Origin: Hydrurus foetidus
Taxonomy: Eukaryota
Assembly (NCBI GenBank): GCA_900617105.1
Contig: UYFQ01000001.1
Coordinates: forward strand, 4,030,001-4,094,000
Length of the DNA stretch: 64,000 nt
Reading direction: 5' to 3'
Shown: positions 60,968 through 64,000 of the stretch, piece after piece
How positions within the stretch are numbered: position 1 is the stretch's first letter
How the letters are laid out: each line of letters starts with the position of its first letter
Notes under the pieces: model-generated
What the model was told of the DNA's origin: nothing
What the model saw: the letters and a program-made list of their open reading frames with translations, nothing else
Database searches by the model: none
Made by a program: the position numbers and the translations under genes

Positions 60968-63871
60968 TCAGGCAAGGCGAGCTAATTGCTCGCGCAGCTT
61001 GCCTAAGGTGTCAGTGAAGTCGGCCAAGCGCTTTTGCTCTTGCGCCAGCACGGAAGGCGGCACCTTGCTAACAAAGGCTTCGTTAGCAAGCTTGGCCTGC
61101 ACCTTGACCAGCTCGCCTTCCAGGCGCGTGATTTCTTTGCCCAAGCGAAGCTTCTCAAGCCCCACATCAACTTCCATGTGCAGGCAAATTTTTGCGTTGC
61201 CCACCACTGACACTGGCGCGGCTTGTGCTGCTGCCGCCCATGCCGCTTCGTCATCGAACACTGTCACTTCACTCAGCTTGGCCAGCGCTTTAATCACAGC
61301 GCTTGATTGCGTCATGAATTGCGCGTCGCCCACTACATAAAGCGGCAGGCGCGTGGCAGGCGATACTTTCATTTCACCGCGCAACTCACGCGTGGCATCG
61401 ACCAGCGCTTTTAGCTTGGCGACATGCGCCTCAGCCATTTCGTCAATTTTGTTTGGCTGGCTTTGCGGGTAGGCGGCTTGGCCGATATAGGTGGTTTTTT
61501 TAACGCCTGCGACCACTGCCACTTGCTGCCACAGCGATTCAGTGATGAACGGAATCACTGGGTGGGCAAGGCGAAGGATGGCCTCAAGTGTGCGAATCAG
61601 CGTTCGGCGCGTGGCACGTTTTTGTGAATCATCGCCCGTCTGAATTTGCACCTTGGCAATCTCTAAATACCAATCGCAAAAGTCGTTCCACACAAACTGG
61701 TAAGTGCTGCTGGCCACGTTGTCTAGCCGGTAGTCTTCAAAGCCTTTTGCTACGTCTGCTTCAACCCGCTGCAGGGTTGACGAAATCCAGCGGTCGGCTT
61801 GTGAAAAGCTCATGTAGTTGTGAAAATCTCCACCGGGTTTGCACTGTTCTTTGGTGTGCTCGGCCAGCCCGCAGTCTTGGCCCTCGCAATTCATCAGCGT
61901 AAAACGCGTGGCATTCCAGAGCTTGTTGCAAAAGTTGCGGTAGCCCTCGCAGCGTTTGCTGTCAAAGTTGATGCTGCGGCCCAGGCTGGCCAGCGACGCA
62001 AAGGTAAAGCGCAGCGCGTCTGCACCGTAGCCCGGTATACCTGTGGGAAATTCTTTTTCGGTCAGCTTGCGCACAGTAGGTGCGGTCTCTGGCTTACGAA
62101 GGCCTTGAGAGCGTTTGTCTAGCAATGGCGCCAATTCAATGCCGTCAATCAAGTCCACCGGGTCAAGTACATTGCCTTCGGACTTGCTCATTTTTTTACC
62201 CTGAGCGTCTTTGACCAGGCCGTGAATATAGACGTGCTTGAACGGCACCTGGCCCGTAAAGTGCGTCGTCATCATGATCATCCGCGCGACCCAGAAGAAA
62301 ATGATGTCGTAGCCTGTGACCAGCACGCTGGAGGGCAAAAACAAATCAAGCTCTTTGGTTTTCTCAGGCCAGCCCAATGATGAAAAAGGCACAAGCGCGG
62401 ATGAATACCATGTGTCTAGTACATCCTCATCACGCGTGAGCTTTTTGCCCGGCGCTTGCAACTGCGCAGCCGCTTCGTTTTCTGCCACATACACGGTGCC
62501 ATCTTCGTCATACCAGGCCGGAATCTGGTGGCCCCACCACAACTGGCGCGAAATGCACCAGTCTTGAATGTTGTTCATCCACTGGTTGTAGGTGTTCACC
62601 CATTGCTCGGGTACAAACTTCACGTCGCCGTTGGCCACTGCGTCGCGCGCTTTTTGTGAGATCGATTTTCCCGTTGGGTCTTGGTCGCTGACTTTGCTGA
62701 GCGCTACAAACCACTGGTCCGTCAACATTGGCTCAACGACTGCGCCGGTACGCGCGCACACTGGCACCATGTTTTTATGCGGCACAGCTTTTTCTAAAAA
62801 GCCAAGCGCTTCGAGGTCTTTTAAAACTGCTTTTCGGCACACGTAGCGGTCCATGCCTTGGTAGGCCGCCGGGCCGTTTTCATTGATCTTGGCGTCCAGC
62901 GTGAAGATGGTGATGAGCGGCAGGTTGTGCCGCTGCGCGACCTGGTAATCGTTGAAGTCATGCGCGCCGGTGATCTTCACGCAGCCGCTGCCAAAGGCGG
63001 GGTCAACATAGGTGTCGGCAATGATCGGTATGGCGCGGTCGCACAGCGGCAAGTCGACCATTTTGCCTATCAGGTGCTGGTAGCGTGAGTCGTCAGGGTG
63101 CACGGCCAGCGCGCCGTCGGCCAGCATGGTTTCGGGTCGGGTGGTGGCAATGTGCATGCCGCGCATCGGGCTGCCGTCAGCGCCCTTTTGCGGGCCGTCA
63201 GAAAACGGGTATTCGATGTGCCACATAAAGCTGTCGCGCTCTTCGCTTTCGACTTCCAAGTCACTCACCGCAGACTTTAAAACCGGGTCCCAGTTCACCA
63301 GCCGTTTGCCACGGTAAATCAGGCCTTGTTCGTATAGCTTCACAAACGTGGATGTGACCACCGTGGACATCTTCGGGTCCATCGTGAAGTACTCATGCTT
63401 CCACGCCACTGAGTCGCCCATGCGGCGCATCTGCTGGGTAATAGTCGCGCCAGACTCCTCTTTCCACTCCCACACTTTGGCCACAAAGTTCTTGCGCCCC
63501 AAGTCATGCCGCGTTTGGCCTGCGGCTTGCAGTTTGCGCTCCACCACAATTTGCGTGGCAATACCGGCGTGGTCAGTGCCCGGCACCCACAGCGTGTTGT
63601 GGCCGCGCATGCGGTGGTAGCGGGTGAGGCTGTCCATGATCGTCTGGTTAAACGCATGGCCCATGTGCAGCGTGCCCGTCACATTGGGTGGCGGCAGCTG
63701 GATGGAAAACGACGGCTTGCTAGCGTCAAGCGTCGGCTCGTACATGCCGCTTTGCTCCCACAGCGGGCCAAAGTGCGCCTCAATCGCCGCAGGCTCAAAT
63801 GATTTAGCCAGGCTGTCAAGGCCGGGTGTGGCGGGGGTGGCTGTCGTGGGGCTGGAGGCAGAGTCGGTCAT
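60968..63871 (-). CDS. valS: Valine--tRNA ligase
   Basis: [32 protein letters not shown]-terminal coiled coil. Confidence 0.98.
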   Translation of the reverse strand: MTDSASSPTTATPATPGLDSLAKSFEPAAIEAHFGPLWEQSGMYEPTLDASKPSFSIQLPPPNVTGTLHMGHAFNQTIMDSLTRYHRMRGHNTLWVPGTDHAGIATQIVVERKLQAAGQTRHDLGRKNFVAKVWEWKEESGATITQQMRRMGDSVAWKHEYFTMDPKMSTVVTSTFVKLYEQGLIYRGKRLVNWDPVLKSAVSDLEVESEERDSFMWHIEYPFSDGPQKGADGSPMRGMHIATTRPETMLADGALAVHPDDSRYQHLIGKMVDLPLCDRAIPIIADTYVDPAFGSGCVKITGAHDFNDYQVAQRHNLPLITIFTLDAKINENGPAAYQGMDRYVCRKAVLKDLEALGFLEKAVPHKNMVPVCARTGAVVEPMLTDQWFVALSKVSDQDPTGKSISQKARDAVANGDVKFVPEQWVNTYNQWMNNIQDWCISRQLWWGHQIPAWYDEDGTVYVAENEAAAQLQAPGKKLTRDEDVLDTWYSSALVPFSSLGWPEKTKELDLFLPSSVLVTGYDIIFFWVARMIMMTTHFTGQVPFKHVYIHGLVKDAQGKKMSKSEGNVLDPVDLIDGIELAPLLDKRSQGLRKPETAPTVRKLTEKEFPTGIPGYGADALRFTFASLASLGRSINFDSKRCEGYRNFCNKLWNATRFTLMNCEGQDCGLAEHTKEQCKPGGDFHNYMSFSQADRWISSTLQRVEADVAKGFEDYRLDNVASSTYQFVWNDFCDWYLEIAKVQIQTGDDSQKRATRRTLIRTLEAILRLAHPVIPFITESLWQQVAVVAGVKKTTYIGQAAYPQSQPNKIDEMAEAHVAKLKALVDATRELRGEMKVSPATRLPLYVVGDAQFMTQSSAVIKALAKLSEVTVFDDEAAWAAAAQAAPVSVVGNAKICLHMEVDVGLEKLRLGKEITRLEGELVKVQAKLANEAFVSKVPPSVLAQEQKRLADFTDTLGKLREQLARLA

Positions 63872-63879
63872 GGTGGAAT

Positions 63880-63907
63880 AAAAAAACGGCATCTAGGCGA
63901 TGCCGTT
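63880..63907 (-). terminator. Terminator-like hairpin immediately upstream of the valS start
   Basis: Minus strand AACGGCATC-GCCTA-GATGCCGTT followed by a T-run. Confidence 0.5.
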
Positions 63908-63961
63908 GTGTGTACAGGTTAGTTGCTGCAATTTTATTCGACAGCAGCAAGCTGATCAGAC

Positions 63962-64000
63962 GCTATTAATTCAGGAGCTGCTTACGCCCGTAATCATTGG
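63962..64000 (+). repeat. 41-bp element copy 20 (truncated by window end)
   Basis: gcta ttaattcag gagc tgcttac gccc gtaatcatt gg. Confidence 0.85.

Overview
A 64 kb chromosomal segment from a betaproteobacterium. Gene content and order resemble Comamonadaceae (Polaromonas/Rhodoferax-like); this is inference. Most of it is housekeeping and metabolic DNA: an RND efflux locus with TetR, acyl-CoA dehydrogenases, msrA, ribF-ileS-lspA, purN, an mdeB-type E1 gene with an Lrp regulator, prfC, rpmB-rpmG, trxB/crp/ftsK-lolA-rarA, livHMGF, tRNA-Leu(CAA), cysM, galU and valS. It also holds one intact IS3 element and two disrupted genes. The most striking unannotated structure is a dispersed 41-bp element, GCTA-N9-TAGC-N7-GCCC-N9-GGGC. 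I found 20 copies by eye, all with the same spacing but a highly variable first spacer. Seven copies lie in frame inside protein-coding genes (ileS, lolA, rarA, the mdeB-type gene, an acyl-CoA dehydrogenase, an SDR and a NUDIX gene), in four different reading frames. Other notable items: a second palindromic repeat family inserted in the IleRS editing region; a nested repeat/IS3 structure; a DUF5666-DUF6502-DUF5666-like module encoding Tat lipoproteins; and tandem membrane sensors whose GGDEF domains are catalytically degenerate but keep the I-site. All family names come from motif recognition, not database searches.
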